NCBI GenBank assembly: GCA_044223005.1 | Contig: JBGAML010000001.1 | Coordinates: forward strand, 160,001-224,000 | From: Candidatus Eiseniibacteriota bacterium | GTDB lineage: Bacteria; Eisenbacteria; RBG-16-71-46 | Length of the DNA stretch: 64,000 nucleotides | Reading direction: 5' to 3' | Part shown: positions 18,079-27,987 of the stretch, piece after piece | How positions within the stretch are numbered: the stretch's first letter is position 1 | How the letters are laid out: every line of letters starts with the position of its first letter | Translations under genes and position numbers: made by a program | Notes under the pieces: generated by a model | Told to the model about the DNA's origin: nothing | The model's database searches: none | What the model saw: only the letters and a program-made list of their open reading frames with translations

Positions 18079-19380
18079 TCAGCGCGCGCGGCGCGTGCCG
18101 GAAGGTTTCGCGGGTGCGAGCGGCTTCGCGGCAGCGCCCGGGCGCGCAGGCCCCGCCGCCGTGTCCGGGCGCGGCGGCAGCGGGTGCGCGAGGCTGTCCG
18201 CGCGATAGAGCGCGCGCAGCGAATCCGGGGCGCGCGCCCGCATCGCGGCGATCAGGGCGCCGACGCGCACGCGCTGCTCCGGCAGCGGCAGGGCGTCCTG
18301 GGCGCGCCGCAGCTCGGCGAGCGCGGCGCGGTCGTCCCCGCTCTCGTGCAACGCCATGCCGAGCGCGAGCCGCGCCTCGCCCGAGCGCGGCGCCGCCTCG
18401 ACGCCCTCGCGCGCCAGCGCGAGCGCGTCGTCCTTGCGGCCGAGCGCGGCGAAGCGCTCCATGGCCTCCATGCGCAGCGCGGGCGTGTCCGGGCGCTGCG
18501 CGAGCCACGGCCGGAAGCTCCGCGCCGCGTCGAGCGGCCGCCCGAGCGAATCGAGCACGCCGATACGGCCGCGCCACGCGAGCGCGAGGCTCGAGTCGCG
18601 CGCGAGCGCGCGATCGTAGGCCGCGAGCGCCGCGTCCCAGTTCCGCAGCCGCCGCTCGAGATTGCCGAGGTTCACCCAGGCGCCACCGTCCTTCGGGTCG
18701 AGCGTCGTGGCCCGCGCGTACGCGTCCCGCGCCTCCGCGTCGCGATGTCGCGACGCCATCAGCACCCCGAGGTCGCGCCACGCGTCCGCGTCCTTCGCAT
18801 CCAGCTGGAGCGCGCGCCGCAGCGCACCCTCGCCCTGCGCGGCGCGGCCGGCCGCCGAGTACGCGAACCCGAGCGCCTGCCAGGATGGCTCGTCGCTGGC
18901 GTCGGTCGCGACGAGCGATTCGAGGTGCGCGATCGCGGCCGCCGTGTCGCCGACCTGCACGAGCTCGAGCCCGAGCCAGCGCCGCGCGTCGCGGTACCCC
19001 GGCTGGTTGCGCAACTCGGCCGCGTACTCGCGGGCCGCGTGGGCGTGCTCGCCGACCGCGGAGTAGAGCCGGCCCATGCGGAAATGCGCCTCGGTCACCT
19101 GCGGATCGAGCGACACGGCGACGCGATACGCCGCGATCGCCGCCGCCGGCTGCCCCTGGCGCTCGAGCTCGCGGCCCATCGCGTAGCGTTCGCGCGCGCG
19201 GCGCGCGGCCACTGCGACGCCGGTGTCGGCGGGCGCCGCGGCGCGGCCGGGCACGATGAGCGGCGCGGCCGAAGGGCCCGCGTGCAGCGTGTCCGCGTGC
19301 GGCGGCACGAGCACGGGAGGCGCCGTCGCGAGCAGCGACGCGGTGAGCAGCGGGGCGAAGAGCAGCGCGATCGGGGTCAT
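18079..19380 (-). CDS. Exported tetratricopeptide repeat protein
   Basis: Signal peptide and repeated TPR units (AHFRMGRLY, AWRDLGVL, AWVNLGNL, ARLALGMAL). Confidence 0.8.
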   Translation of the reverse strand: MTPIALLFAPLLTASLLATAPPVLVPPHADTLHAGPSAAPLIVPGRAAAPADTGVAVAARRARERYAMGRELERQGQPAAAIAAYRVAVSLDPQVTEAHFRMGRLYSAVGEHAHAAREYAAELRNQPGYRDARRWLGLELVQVGDTAAAIAHLESLVATDASDEPSWQALGFAYSAAGRAAQGEGALRRALQLDAKDADAWRDLGVLMASRHRDAEARDAYARATTLDPKDGGAWVNLGNLERRLRNWDAALAAYDRALARDSSLALAWRGRIGVLDSLGRPLDAARSFRPWLAQRPDTPALRMEAMERFAALGRKDDALALAREGVEAAPRSGEARLALGMALHESGDDRAALAELRRAQDALPLPEQRVRVGALIAAMRARAPDSLRALYRADSLAHPLPPRPDTAAGPARPGAAAKPLAPAKPSGTRRAR

Positions 19381-19553
19381 GGACCCGCCGAGCCTACACG
19401 TCCCGGGTGGCCGCGCGCCAAGCCCGGCGGCGAGTTTGCACGTCCGGGACGCCGGCGGCCCACCGGCGCCGCCCGCGCCCCGACGGACGCTCCCGTCCTG
19501 ACGCGGCCCGCACACGGCGCGCGAGCCCCTGTGCTAGCGTGGCCTTCGCCGCC

Positions 19554-21317
19554 ATGAGGAACCGCGCCTTCGTTCGCCTCGCGGTGTCGCTGGCCGTCGC
19601 CGCGCTCGGGATCGTGGACCTGGTGTCCGCGCTCGTCTCCCGCCCTCCCGAACGCATCGTCGCGCTGCGCCATCTCGTACCCACCGACGTGCTCGACACG
19701 AGCCGTACGTTCACGCTGCTCGCCGGCGTGCTGCTGCTGCTCACGGCGAACGGCCTGAGCCGCGGCAAGCGGCGCGCGTTCGTGACCGCGCTCCTGCTGG
19801 CCGCGGTCTCCGTGCCCGTGAACATGCTCAAGGCGTTCGATTTCGAGGAAGCCACGGTCGCGGCGCTGATGATGTTCGTGCTCGGCGTCACCGGCGACGC
19901 GTTCACGGTCAAGAGCCGCGAACTCACGTTCCGCGGCATGTTCGTGCCGATCGTGCTCGTGCTCGGGGGCTTCGTGGTCTACACGGTCGGCGGCTCGTGG
20001 CTGATCGAGGCGCTCTACAGCCCGCGGCAGGCGTCGCTGTCGCGCGCGATCGGCGAGGCGCTCTACCAGGTCTTCGGCGTGGGTGCTCCCGTGATCGAGG
20101 TCGAGCGCCAGCACCATGTCGTGCGCTGGTTCCTCGGATCGATCTCCATGATCGGGATCACGCTGGTCCTCGGCGTCGCGGCCATGCTGCTGCGGCCCGC
20201 GCAGCACCGTGGCCGTCACCGTTCCGAGCGCGAGCGCGTGAGCGAGCTCGTGCGCCGCTACGGCGACAGCACGGTGAGCGTGTTCGCGCTCGACGACGAC
20301 GTGGACTACTTCTTCAGCGCCAACGGCCGGGCGGTGATCGCGTACCAGTTCGAGGCCGACGTGCTGCTGGTGATCGGCGACCCGATCGGTCCGCCCGAGG
20401 AGATGCCGGCGCTGCTCGACGCGTTCGAGCGCTTCTGCCGCGACCACGACTGGGTGTTCGCCTTCTACCAGGTACGCCCCGAACGGCTGGCGGACTACAC
20501 ATCCCGTGGCTGGAGCGCGGTGCACATCGGCGAGGACCCGGTGCTCAAGCCCCAGTCGTTCACGCTCGAGGGCTCGGCGCTCGGCAACGTGCGGCGCCAG
20601 GTCCGCAAGCTCGAGAAGGCCGGGCTCCAGGTGCGCCACTTCGTGCCCGGCGCGAATCCGTTCGACCCCGCGCAGGACCCCGATCACCTGCTCGACCAGA
20701 TCCGCGCGATCTCGCAGGAGTGGGTGAAGGGCAAGTCCGGCGGCGAAAAGGGCTTCTGCATGGGGCGCTTCCAGCCCGAGGCGCTCGGCGAGGTGTGGCT
20801 CAGCGTCGCGTGGGATCCGGCGAAGCGCCGCGTGGAGGCGTTCTGCACGTGGACGCCGATCTGGGCGCGCCGGGGCTGGGCGATCGACCTCATGCGCCGG
20901 CACCATGACGCCCCGACCGGCGCGATGGAACTGCTGGTCGTGCACGCGGTGCAGCATGCGAAGGAGCGCGGCGACGAGCTGATGTCGCTCTCGCTCTCGG
21001 CGCTCGTGAAGGTGCAGTCGCCGGCGGCCGGCGGTGAAGGGCCGGTCGTGACCGAGGACCCCGCGCGCACGTTCCTGATCCAGCGGCTGAGCCGCTTCTA
21101 CGATTTCCAGGGCCTCTTCCGCTGGAAGCGGAAGTTCAACCCCGAGTTCGAGGACCGCTTCCTCGCCTACCCGCAGGCACTCGCGCTGCCGCGCATCGCG
21201 CTCGCGCTGGTGCGCGCCCAGAGCCCCGGCGGGCTCATGCAGTACTTCCGCCGTGACGAAGCCCCGGCGCGCGAGGAACCCGCGAACGCACCGGTGGTGG
21301 CGGGCGACGCGGCGTAG
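19554..21317 (+). CDS. MprF/LysX-like aminoacyl-phosphatidylglycerol synthase (DUF2156 domain), without the large N-terminal flippase
   Basis: Several TM helices (GLSRGKRRAF), then DYFFS, IGDPIGP, IGEDPVL, IDLMRR, GAMELL, FYDFQGLFRWKRKFNP. Confidence 0.85.
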   Translation: MRNRAFVRLAVSLAVAALGIVDLVSALVSRPPERIVALRHLVPTDVLDTSRTFTLLAGVLLLLTANGLSRGKRRAFVTALLLAAVSVPVNMLKAFDFEEATVAALMMFVLGVTGDAFTVKSRELTFRGMFVPIVLVLGGFVVYTVGGSWLIEALYSPRQASLSRAIGEALYQVFGVGAPVIEVERQHHVVRWFLGSISMIGITLVLGVAAMLLRPAQHRGRHRSERERVSELVRRYGDSTVSVFALDDDVDYFFSANGRAVIAYQFEADVLLVIGDPIGPPEEMPALLDAFERFCRDHDWVFAFYQVRPERLADYTSRGWSAVHIGEDPVLKPQSFTLEGSALGNVRRQVRKLEKAGLQVRHFVPGANPFDPAQDPDHLLDQIRAISQEWVKGKSGGEKGFCMGRFQPEALGEVWLSVAWDPAKRRVEAFCTWTPIWARRGWAIDLMRRHHDAPTGAMELLVVHAVQHAKERGDELMSLSLSALVKVQSPAAGGEGPVVTEDPARTFLIQRLSRFYDFQGLFRWKRKFNPEFEDRFLAYPQALALPRIALALVRAQSPGGLMQYFRRDEAPAREEPANAPVVAGDAA

Positions 21318-21333
21318 ACGTCCCGGACGCGAA

Positions 21334-21367
21334 GCGGCCCCGCGATCGTCGCCGATCGCGGGGCCGC
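21334..21367. terminator. Hairpin between convergent genes
   Basis: GCGGCCCCGCGATCG-tcgc-CGATCGCGGGGCCGC, 15-bp stem. Confidence 0.65.
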
Positions 21368-21389
21368 CGTGTTCGTGCGGACGTCGCGG

Positions 21390-22193
21390 CTACTTGCCCG
21401 TGAAGTTCGCCTTGCGCTTCTCGATGTAGGCCGCGAGACCTTCCTTGGCGTCCTCGCCCTGGAAGAGCAGCTGCTGCAGCTCACGCTCCACGGCGAGCGC
21501 GCTCTCGAACGGGATCTCGGCGCCGGACTGCACCGCACGCTTGATGCGGCCGACGGCCTTGGACGCGCGGTGCGGCGGGCAGAACTGCTCGGCGTAGGCC
21601 TGGACCTTGTCGAGGAACTCGGCGTTGTTCGCCGTCTCCCAGATGTCGTTGATGATGCCGAGATCGAGCGCCTTCTCGAACCCGAACACCTCGGCCGTGC
21701 ACATGAGCTCGATCGCCTTGCTCTTGTTCACGAGCCGCGCGAGGCGCTGCGTGCCGCCCGTGCCGGGGAGGACCCCGAGGTTGATCTCGGGCAGCCCGAC
21801 CTTGCCGGCGCCCTTGCGCGCGATGCGGATGTCGGCGGCCATCGCGATCTCGAGCCCGCCACCGACCGTGTGCCCGTTCAGCGCCGCGATCACGATCTTC
21901 GGCGTCTGCTCGAGACGGTTGAGCGTCTCGTTGGCGTGCAGGCAGAAGTAGTACTTGAAGGTCGGGTCGGCCTTCTTGAGCATGTTGATGTCGGCGCCCG
22001 CGCAGAAGAACTTCTCGCCCGCCCCGCGGAGCACGATCGCCTGCACGTCGTTGTCGAACCGCGCGCGCAGGATCGCGTCGTCGAGCTGCTTCATCATCTC
22101 GTGCGTGTAGCAGTTGCCCGGATCGAACGTCAGCTCGAGCGTCATCACGCCGTTCTTGACGGACGTGTTCACCATCGTCTGCGTGGCTTCCAT
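21390..22193 (-). CDS. Enoyl-CoA hydratase/isomerase
   Basis: FFCAGADI, IAALNGHTVGGGLEIAMAADIR, GLPEINLGVLPGTGGTQRL, EGLAAYIEKR. Confidence 0.92.
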   Translation of the reverse strand: MEATQTMVNTSVKNGVMTLELTFDPGNCYTHEMMKQLDDAILRARFDNDVQAIVLRGAGEKFFCAGADINMLKKADPTFKYYFCLHANETLNRLEQTPKIVIAALNGHTVGGGLEIAMAADIRIARKGAGKVGLPEINLGVLPGTGGTQRLARLVNKSKAIELMCTAEVFGFEKALDLGIINDIWETANNAEFLDKVQAYAEQFCPPHRASKAVGRIKRAVQSGAEIPFESALAVERELQQLLFQGEDAKEGLAAYIEKRKANFTGK

Positions 22194-22411
22194 GGCGGGA
22201 GGTCTCCGGTGGAATGGGGGTGCGAGAGGTGCGGATCCGCGGCGCCCCCGCCCAACGGGGAACCGGCCGCCGATGCAACGCTGCCGAAGTGCGCGGCAGT
22301 ATAGGAGGGCCCAAAAAGGCCGGTCAACGCCCCGGCTCGACACCCGGCCCCTCGCTCGCGGGAGCGAGCCCCGGCGTGCGCGGATGCGCCCGGGCGTGCC
22401 ATAGTGCCGCC

Positions 22412-23278
22412 ATGTTCCGTCGCACCGCGTTCGCGCTCGCGGCCCTGGCCGCGCTCGTGCTCGGTCCGCCGGCCGCTGGCGCCGGTGGCCGCGTCGAGTT
22501 CCGCAGCCTGATGCCGCCGTCGCTCCCGGGCGTCCAGAAGGACTGCCGCGTCTACCTCCCGCCGTCGTACGACCGCCCCGAGGCCCGCACGCGCCGCTAC
22601 CCGGTGCTCGTGTTCCTCCACGGCTGGCCCGGCAGCGAGGGCAACTGGCCCGGCCAGGGACATGCGATCGAGACGCTCGACCAGATGAGCGCCGCGGGCG
22701 AGATCCCCGAGGTGATCGCGCTCTTCCCCGACGGCGGCGGCGTGGGGCTCTTCGGCCGCTCGATCTGGCTCGACGCGGCCGGCGGCCGCTCGAACATGGA
22801 GCAGTTCCTCGTGCGCGATCTCGTGGCGTGGGCGGACAGCACGCTGCGCACGCGCCCCGGGGCGCGCTGGCGAGGGGTGGTCGGACTCTCGGACGGCGCC
22901 ACCGGAGCGATGAACCTCGTCCTGCGCCATCCGAGCGTGTTCGGCGCCTGCGAGGCGCACAGCGGCGACTTCCGCCTCGCGCGCGACATGAGCAGTGGGC
23001 ACATCTTCGGCGACGAGCCGGGCGCGTCGAAGCTCCGCGCCGAGTACAGCCCGCTCGAATACCTCGCACGCGTCGCGAACGACGTGAAGGGCTGCACGAT
23101 CTACTTCGACTGCGGCAGCGACGACGAATCGATCGCGGACAACCGAGAGCTCGACCGGCGCATGACCGAGCTCGGGATCCCGCACACGTTCCACGAGTTC
23201 CCGGGCAGCCACGACTGGGGCTACTGGCGGACGCACCTGCACGACGGGCTCCGGGTCGTGACTGCCGGAATGCGTTAA
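22412..23278 (+). CDS. Secreted alpha/beta-hydrolase (putative esterase family)
   Basis: Signal peptide; VYLPPSY, YPVLVFLHG, GLSDG nucleophile, DCGSDD, PGSHDWGYW. Confidence 0.87.
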   Translation: MFRRTAFALAALAALVLGPPAAGAGGRVEFRSLMPPSLPGVQKDCRVYLPPSYDRPEARTRRYPVLVFLHGWPGSEGNWPGQGHAIETLDQMSAAGEIPEVIALFPDGGGVGLFGRSIWLDAAGGRSNMEQFLVRDLVAWADSTLRTRPGARWRGVVGLSDGATGAMNLVLRHPSVFGACEAHSGDFRLARDMSSGHIFGDEPGASKLRAEYSPLEYLARVANDVKGCTIYFDCGSDDESIADNRELDRRMTELGIPHTFHEFPGSHDWGYWRTHLHDGLRVVTAGMR

Positions 23279-23542
23279 GCACGGCCGACCGGACCCATCT
23301 GGGCCATTTGCACCGCGATCCGCGATCGGGCCCACGACCCGGCGCCGCCCGCGCTCGCCCGGCGGGGCTTTGGTGTGTCCCAATCCCCCCGCTTCGACGG
23401 TACAATGAAGGCGCACCGGCTCCTGCCGGCCCCGGAACCACGGATTGCGCGTCCGTGGCCCGGGAAGTGCACCCAGACCCTTCGGACGCGAGCCTCGCTC
23501 GCCGGTACGACCCTGCCCGTCGACAGCCAGGAGACCCACCTC

Positions 23543-26140
23543 ATGCGCCCCAGCGTCACGCTGTCCCACACCCTGCTCGCCCTCACCCTGGTCGCCGGAA
23601 GTGCGCTCGCGCAGCCGGCCGCCCGCGGCTCGGTGCTCCCGCCCACGTTCGACCGGATCGAAGCCGGTGCGCCGACCCCGGTCGCGCACCGTCCGCCGGT
23701 GCCCCACGCCAGCCTGCGGAACCGGGTCATGGGCCTGCAGCTGAGCGAACCTGCGCCCACCTGGTCCGAACCGACCGAGTACAGCGTGATCTTCCAGTAC
23801 GACGGCATGCGCTCCGACCTCGAGCGCGCCGGCGTGCGCGTCCAGTCGCAGGTCGGCTCGACCTGGACGGCGCGGGTGCGTCGTGAGGAGATCGGCAACC
23901 TGCGCGGCGTCTCGGGCCTGCGAAACGTCCGGCTCGCGCGCTACATGCAGCCGCACCTCAATACCGCGCTGCCGGACACGCGCGGCGATCTCGAGCACGC
24001 GCCGACCGCGACGATCCCGCCGCGCTACCAGGGCCGCGCCGGCAAGGGCATCCTGATCGGCGACGTCGACACGGGCATCGACTTCACCGCGAGCGACTTC
24101 GCGGATTCCACGGGCAAGACGCGCATCCTCTACATCTGGGACCAGAACGACCTCGTCGGCCCGAGCCCCAGCGGCTTCGGCTACGGCAGCGAGTGGACCA
24201 AGTCGCAGATCGACAACTCGCCCGGCACGATCCGCCACCAGGACACGAACGGCCACGGCACCAACGTCGGCGGCGTGCTGGTCGGCAACGGTTCGCAGAC
24301 GGGCTGCAGCCAGCCGGCGTACCGCTACATCGGCATGGCGCCCGAAGCCCAGATCGTCGAGGTCGCGACCGACTTCTCGGACGCCGGCATCATCGACGGC
24401 GTGAACTACGTCTTCCAGAAGGCCGCGGCACTCGGGATGGACTGCGTCGTGAACCTCTCGCTCGGTGGCCAGTTCGGTCCGCACGACGGCTCGAGCGACT
24501 TCTCGAAGGCCATCGGCGCGCTCACGGGCCCCGGCAAGATCGTCGTCGCGTCCTCGGGCAACAACGAGTCGGACAACATCCACGGCCGCCTCACGACCAC
24601 CTCGACCACGGTGGGCACGGACAAGTTCACGATCAACGTCCCCGCGTACACCGCGGCCGGCGGAACGTTCAACGACTACTTCCTCATCACCGGCTGGGTG
24701 GACCCGACCGCGAGCGTCACGATCCGCGTGAAGGGCCCCTCGGCGGCGGACACGCTGTCGGTCGGCTTCGGTGACACCAAGGACCGCAACCTCACGATCG
24801 CGAGCGGCAAGGGCGGCAAGCTCTTCATCGCCAACCAGAACGCGTTCTACGGCATCACGGGCACGACGACGACGCGCCAGTTCGAGATCGAGGTCTACGA
24901 TTCGCTCTCGACCAGCCCACCGCGCAACGGCACGTGGGAGATCGACGTGGTCCCCAACGGCGCGGCCAGCATCGGCAAGCGCGTCGACATCTGGATCTAC
25001 GCGGACAACCTCGGCCTGCTCGGCGCCGTGCCCACGGTCGTGACGGGCCTCAACACCGGTACGATGGTCGGCGAGCCCGCCGATGCCGACAGCGTGATCG
25101 CCGTCGGCGCGCACGCGACCAAGTCGTCGTGGTTCTCGTGCGCCCAGGGCGGCACCTGCGCCTACACGACGCCGCCGACGCTGGGTGCGATCGCCAGCTT
25201 CTCGAACATCGGTCCGCGCCGCGACGGCGTGCAGAAGCCCGAACTGACCGCGCCGGGCTTCGGCGTCGCGACCACGCACTCGACCGCGTCCGGGATGGGC
25301 GTCTGCGCCGACGTGGACGACGGCGTGCACGAACTGACGCAGGGCACGAGCTTCTCGGCCCCGCTCGTCTCGGGCGCCGTCGCGCTGTTCCTGCAGTACC
25401 AGCCGGGCTCCTCGCCCAGCAAGGTGCGGCAGACGTTCGAGCAGCACGCCCGCACCGACGCCTTCACCGGTGCGGTGCCGAACGCCACGTGGGGCTACGG
25501 CAAGCTCGACGTCTACGCCACGATCGACCACGTCCTGCCGACGTGCGCAGTCACGTCCCCGGTGGGCGGCGAGTCGTGGGCGGGCAACTCGTCGCAGACC
25601 GTCACGTGGACGGCCAGCGACAACGTCGCGGTGACCACGGTGGACGTCGCCTACTCGCTGCACGGTGCCGGCGGTCCGTGGGTCGCGATCGCGACCGGCG
25701 TCGCCAACACCGGCTCCACGCCGTGGACCACGCCGAGCTCGGTCACCGACAGCGCGCTCGTGCGCGTCACGGCGCACGACGCGGGCAACAACGCCGCTTC
25801 GGCGCAGAGCGCGGCGCTCTTCCACCTCACGTCCTCGACCGGCGTCGGCCCGTCGGGCCCGGCCGCGTTCTGGCTGGCGCCCCCGGTTCCGAACCCGTCG
25901 AGCCGCACGGTGGCGATCCAGTACTCGCTCTCGCGCCCCGGCGACGCCCGCGTGGACGTCTACGGCCTGCGCGGCGAACGCGTCTGGAGCCAGTCGATGA
26001 CCAACTTGAACGCGGGCGTGCACTCGCTCAACTGGTCGGGCCGCTCGAGCTCGGGCCACGCGGCCGGCTCGGGGCTGTACTTCCTGCGCCTGACGACGAA
26101 CGAAGGCGTCCGCACCACGCGCCTCATCCGTCTCGATTGA
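23543..26140 (+). CDS. Secreted S8 subtilase (Csp-like insertion) with Ig-like and C-terminal FlgD-Ig-like domain
   Basis: CAGGAG RBS; signal peptide; triad DVDTGID / NGHGT / GTSFSAP; C-terminus PVPNP...VYGLRGERV...WSGR...SGLYFLRL. Confidence 0.9.
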   Translation: MRPSVTLSHTLLALTLVAGSALAQPAARGSVLPPTFDRIEAGAPTPVAHRPPVPHASLRNRVMGLQLSEPAPTWSEPTEYSVIFQYDGMRSDLERAGVRVQSQVGSTWTARVRREEIGNLRGVSGLRNVRLARYMQPHLNTALPDTRGDLEHAPTATIPPRYQGRAGKGILIGDVDTGIDFTASDFADSTGKTRILYIWDQNDLVGPSPSGFGYGSEWTKSQIDNSPGTIRHQDTNGHGTNVGGVLVGNGSQTGCSQPAYRYIGMAPEAQIVEVATDFSDAGIIDGVNYVFQKAAALGMDCVVNLSLGGQFGPHDGSSDFSKAIGALTGPGKIVVASSGNNESDNIHGRLTTTSTTVGTDKFTINVPAYTAAGGTFNDYFLITGWVDPTASVTIRVKGPSAADTLSVGFGDTKDRNLTIASGKGGKLFIANQNAFYGITGTTTTRQFEIEVYDSLSTSPPRNGTWEIDVVPNGAASIGKRVDIWIYADNLGLLGAVPTVVTGLNTGTMVGEPADADSVIAVGAHATKSSWFSCAQGGTCAYTTPPTLGAIASFSNIGPRRDGVQKPELTAPGFGVATTHSTASGMGVCADVDDGVHELTQGTSFSAPLVSGAVALFLQYQPGSSPSKVRQTFEQHARTDAFTGAVPNATWGYGKLDVYATIDHVLPTCAVTSPVGGESWAGNSSQTVTWTASDNVAVTTVDVAYSLHGAGGPWVAIATGVANTGSTPWTTPSSVTDSALVRVTAHDAGNNAASAQSAALFHLTSSTGVGPSGPAAFWLAPPVPNPSSRTVAIQYSLSRPGDARVDVYGLRGERVWSQSMTNLNAGVHSLNWSGRSSSGHAAGSGLYFLRLTTNEGVRTTRLIRLD

Positions 26141-26156
26141 CGCACCGGAACGCACG

Positions 26157-26189
26157 AACGGCCGGCGGGAGACGCTCCCGCCGGCCGTT
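26157..26189. terminator. Hairpin between convergent genes
   Basis: AACGGCCGGCGGGAG-acg-CTCCCGCCGGCCGTT. Confidence 0.7.
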
Positions 26190-26204
26190 TCGTTGCGCGC
26201 CGCG

Positions 26205-27815
26205 CTAGCGGAGCACTTCGACCAGGATCTGTGCGAACAGGATCTTGGCGATCGTCGCGAACGGGTAGACCGCCGCGTAGCCGGCGTTGGGTCCGTCGTC
26301 GACCGCGCTTTCGTTCGCGAACGCGAGCACCGCGGGCTGCGTCTGGACGCCGGCGACCATGCCGAACAGCACCGCCGGCCGCACCTTGAGGAAGCGCCGC
26401 CCGACGAAGAGCGCGAGCAGGGTCGTCCCCAGCGTGATGCCCGCGCCGGCGAGGAAGAGCGGCAGCGAGCCGGGCTGCGCGAACGTCTGGCGGAACACCC
26501 AGCCGGAACGCGTGCCGACGCCGGCGAGGAACAGCACGAGCCCGATCTGGCGCAGCGTGAGGTTGGCGCTGTAGGGCAGCTGCCAGACGACCACGCCCAT
26601 GCGCCCGATGGCGCCGAGGATCAGGCCCGCGATCAGCGGACCGCCGGCGACGCCGAGCTGGAACGTGCCGCCGTTGGGCAGCGGGATCGGGATCAGGCCG
26701 ACGATCAGGCCGACGGCGATGCCGAGCCCGAACGAGAGCACGTCGACCTCGGCCAGCGCGCGGTACGAATCGCCGAAGAAGCGCGCGACCTCGTTCATGC
26801 GCGCCCGCGGCGCGAGCACGCGCACGCGGTCGCCCAGTTCGAGCACGGTGCCGTCGTCGGGGAGCAGGTCCACGTCGCCGCGCCGGACGCGCGTGACCAG
26901 CGCGCCGAAGCGCTCCATGAGCTTGAGCTCCGAGAGCGGGCGCTCGGCGATCGCGGGTTCGGACACGAACACGCGCCGGAAGTCGAGATCGGTGCGGTCC
27001 AGCTCGAGCCGCTCGTCGGCGAGCTCGCCGAGCGCGGCCACCACCTTCTCGAGCTCGGAGGGCGCCCCGACCACGGTCACGAGATCGCCCACGGCCAGCG
27101 GCTCGTCGACGTCCACGACCGCGATCTCCTCGCCGCGGCGGCGGCGCGCGAACAGTACCTTCCAGCCGCGCCGGTGGATCAGGCCCTCGACGCTGACGTG
27201 GCAGACCTCGTCGTGCGTCACGTGGATGCTGCGCACCTCGAGTGCGCTGCCGCCGGAGGGCGTCGCCAGCTCCTTCTTCCAGCGCCGGCGCATGATCGCG
27301 AGCGCGAGGATCACGCCGAACACGCCCATGGGGTAGCTGAGCGAGTACGCCACGACGGGCGCGGCCAGCGTCGCGGCGTCGTCCGCCGACAGCGCGCGCA
27401 GGCGCTCGATCACCGCGGCCAGGGCGGGCGTGTTGGTGAGGCTGCCGGCGAAGAGACCTGCGGCGCTCGGTGCGCTCGCGCCCAGGAACAGGTGCGTCGC
27501 CACCGCGCCCAGCGCGGCCAGCGCCAGCAGCGTGCCGGTGAACGCGGCGTCGCGCAGGCCGCGGCGCTTGAACGACGCGATGAAGCCCGGGCCGCTCGCG
27601 ACGCCGACCGTGTAGACGAACAGCACGAGCCCGAACCGCTGCACGATCTCGGGCAGCTGCAGGCGGGAATCGAGCGCGCCGGCACCGAGGCCGACGAACA
27701 GCACCGCGGCCACGCCGAGCCCGACGCCGGCCACCTTGAAACGGCCGAGCGCGAACCCCAGGGCGAGCACCGCGAAGAGCAGCAGCAGGGGCTGGTCCAC
27801 CAAGAGTGCGATCAT
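26205..27815 (-). CDS. Aspartate:alanine exchanger (YidE/YbjL) family transporter
   Basis: Duplicated TM domains (GLVLFVYTVG...GSLTNTPAL; GLVLFLAGVG...GVQTQPAVL) flanking two TrkA-C domains. Confidence 0.9.
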   Translation of the reverse strand: MIALLVDQPLLLLFAVLALGFALGRFKVAGVGLGVAAVLFVGLGAGALDSRLQLPEIVQRFGLVLFVYTVGVASGPGFIASFKRRGLRDAAFTGTLLALAALGAVATHLFLGASAPSAAGLFAGSLTNTPALAAVIERLRALSADDAATLAAPVVAYSLSYPMGVFGVILALAIMRRRWKKELATPSGGSALEVRSIHVTHDEVCHVSVEGLIHRRGWKVLFARRRRGEEIAVVDVDEPLAVGDLVTVVGAPSELEKVVAALGELADERLELDRTDLDFRRVFVSEPAIAERPLSELKLMERFGALVTRVRRGDVDLLPDDGTVLELGDRVRVLAPRARMNEVARFFGDSYRALAEVDVLSFGLGIAVGLIVGLIPIPLPNGGTFQLGVAGGPLIAGLILGAIGRMGVVVWQLPYSANLTLRQIGLVLFLAGVGTRSGWVFRQTFAQPGSLPLFLAGAGITLGTTLLALFVGRRFLKVRPAVLFGMVAGVQTQPAVLAFANESAVDDGPNAGYAAVYPFATIAKILFAQILVEVLR

Positions 27816-27987
27816 GCTCGCAGCATACGCGAACGCTTCGCGGCGACGCATCGCGGCTCGCCTGCCGGGAGAAGGTGCGATCGTCCGATGGGTGACGGGC
27901 GGCGATCCTTTTCGCCCACCGCTCGTTCCGCGCCTGACGGCGCCCTGACACGCTCAGGGATTTCGAAACGGTACGATCGTGTCACTC

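Noticed and set aside
22169..26155. Long antisense ORFs (also 56003-59713, 8444-9904 and others)
   Set aside because: Arg/Ala-rich mirror frames of well-supported genes, expected at this GC content.
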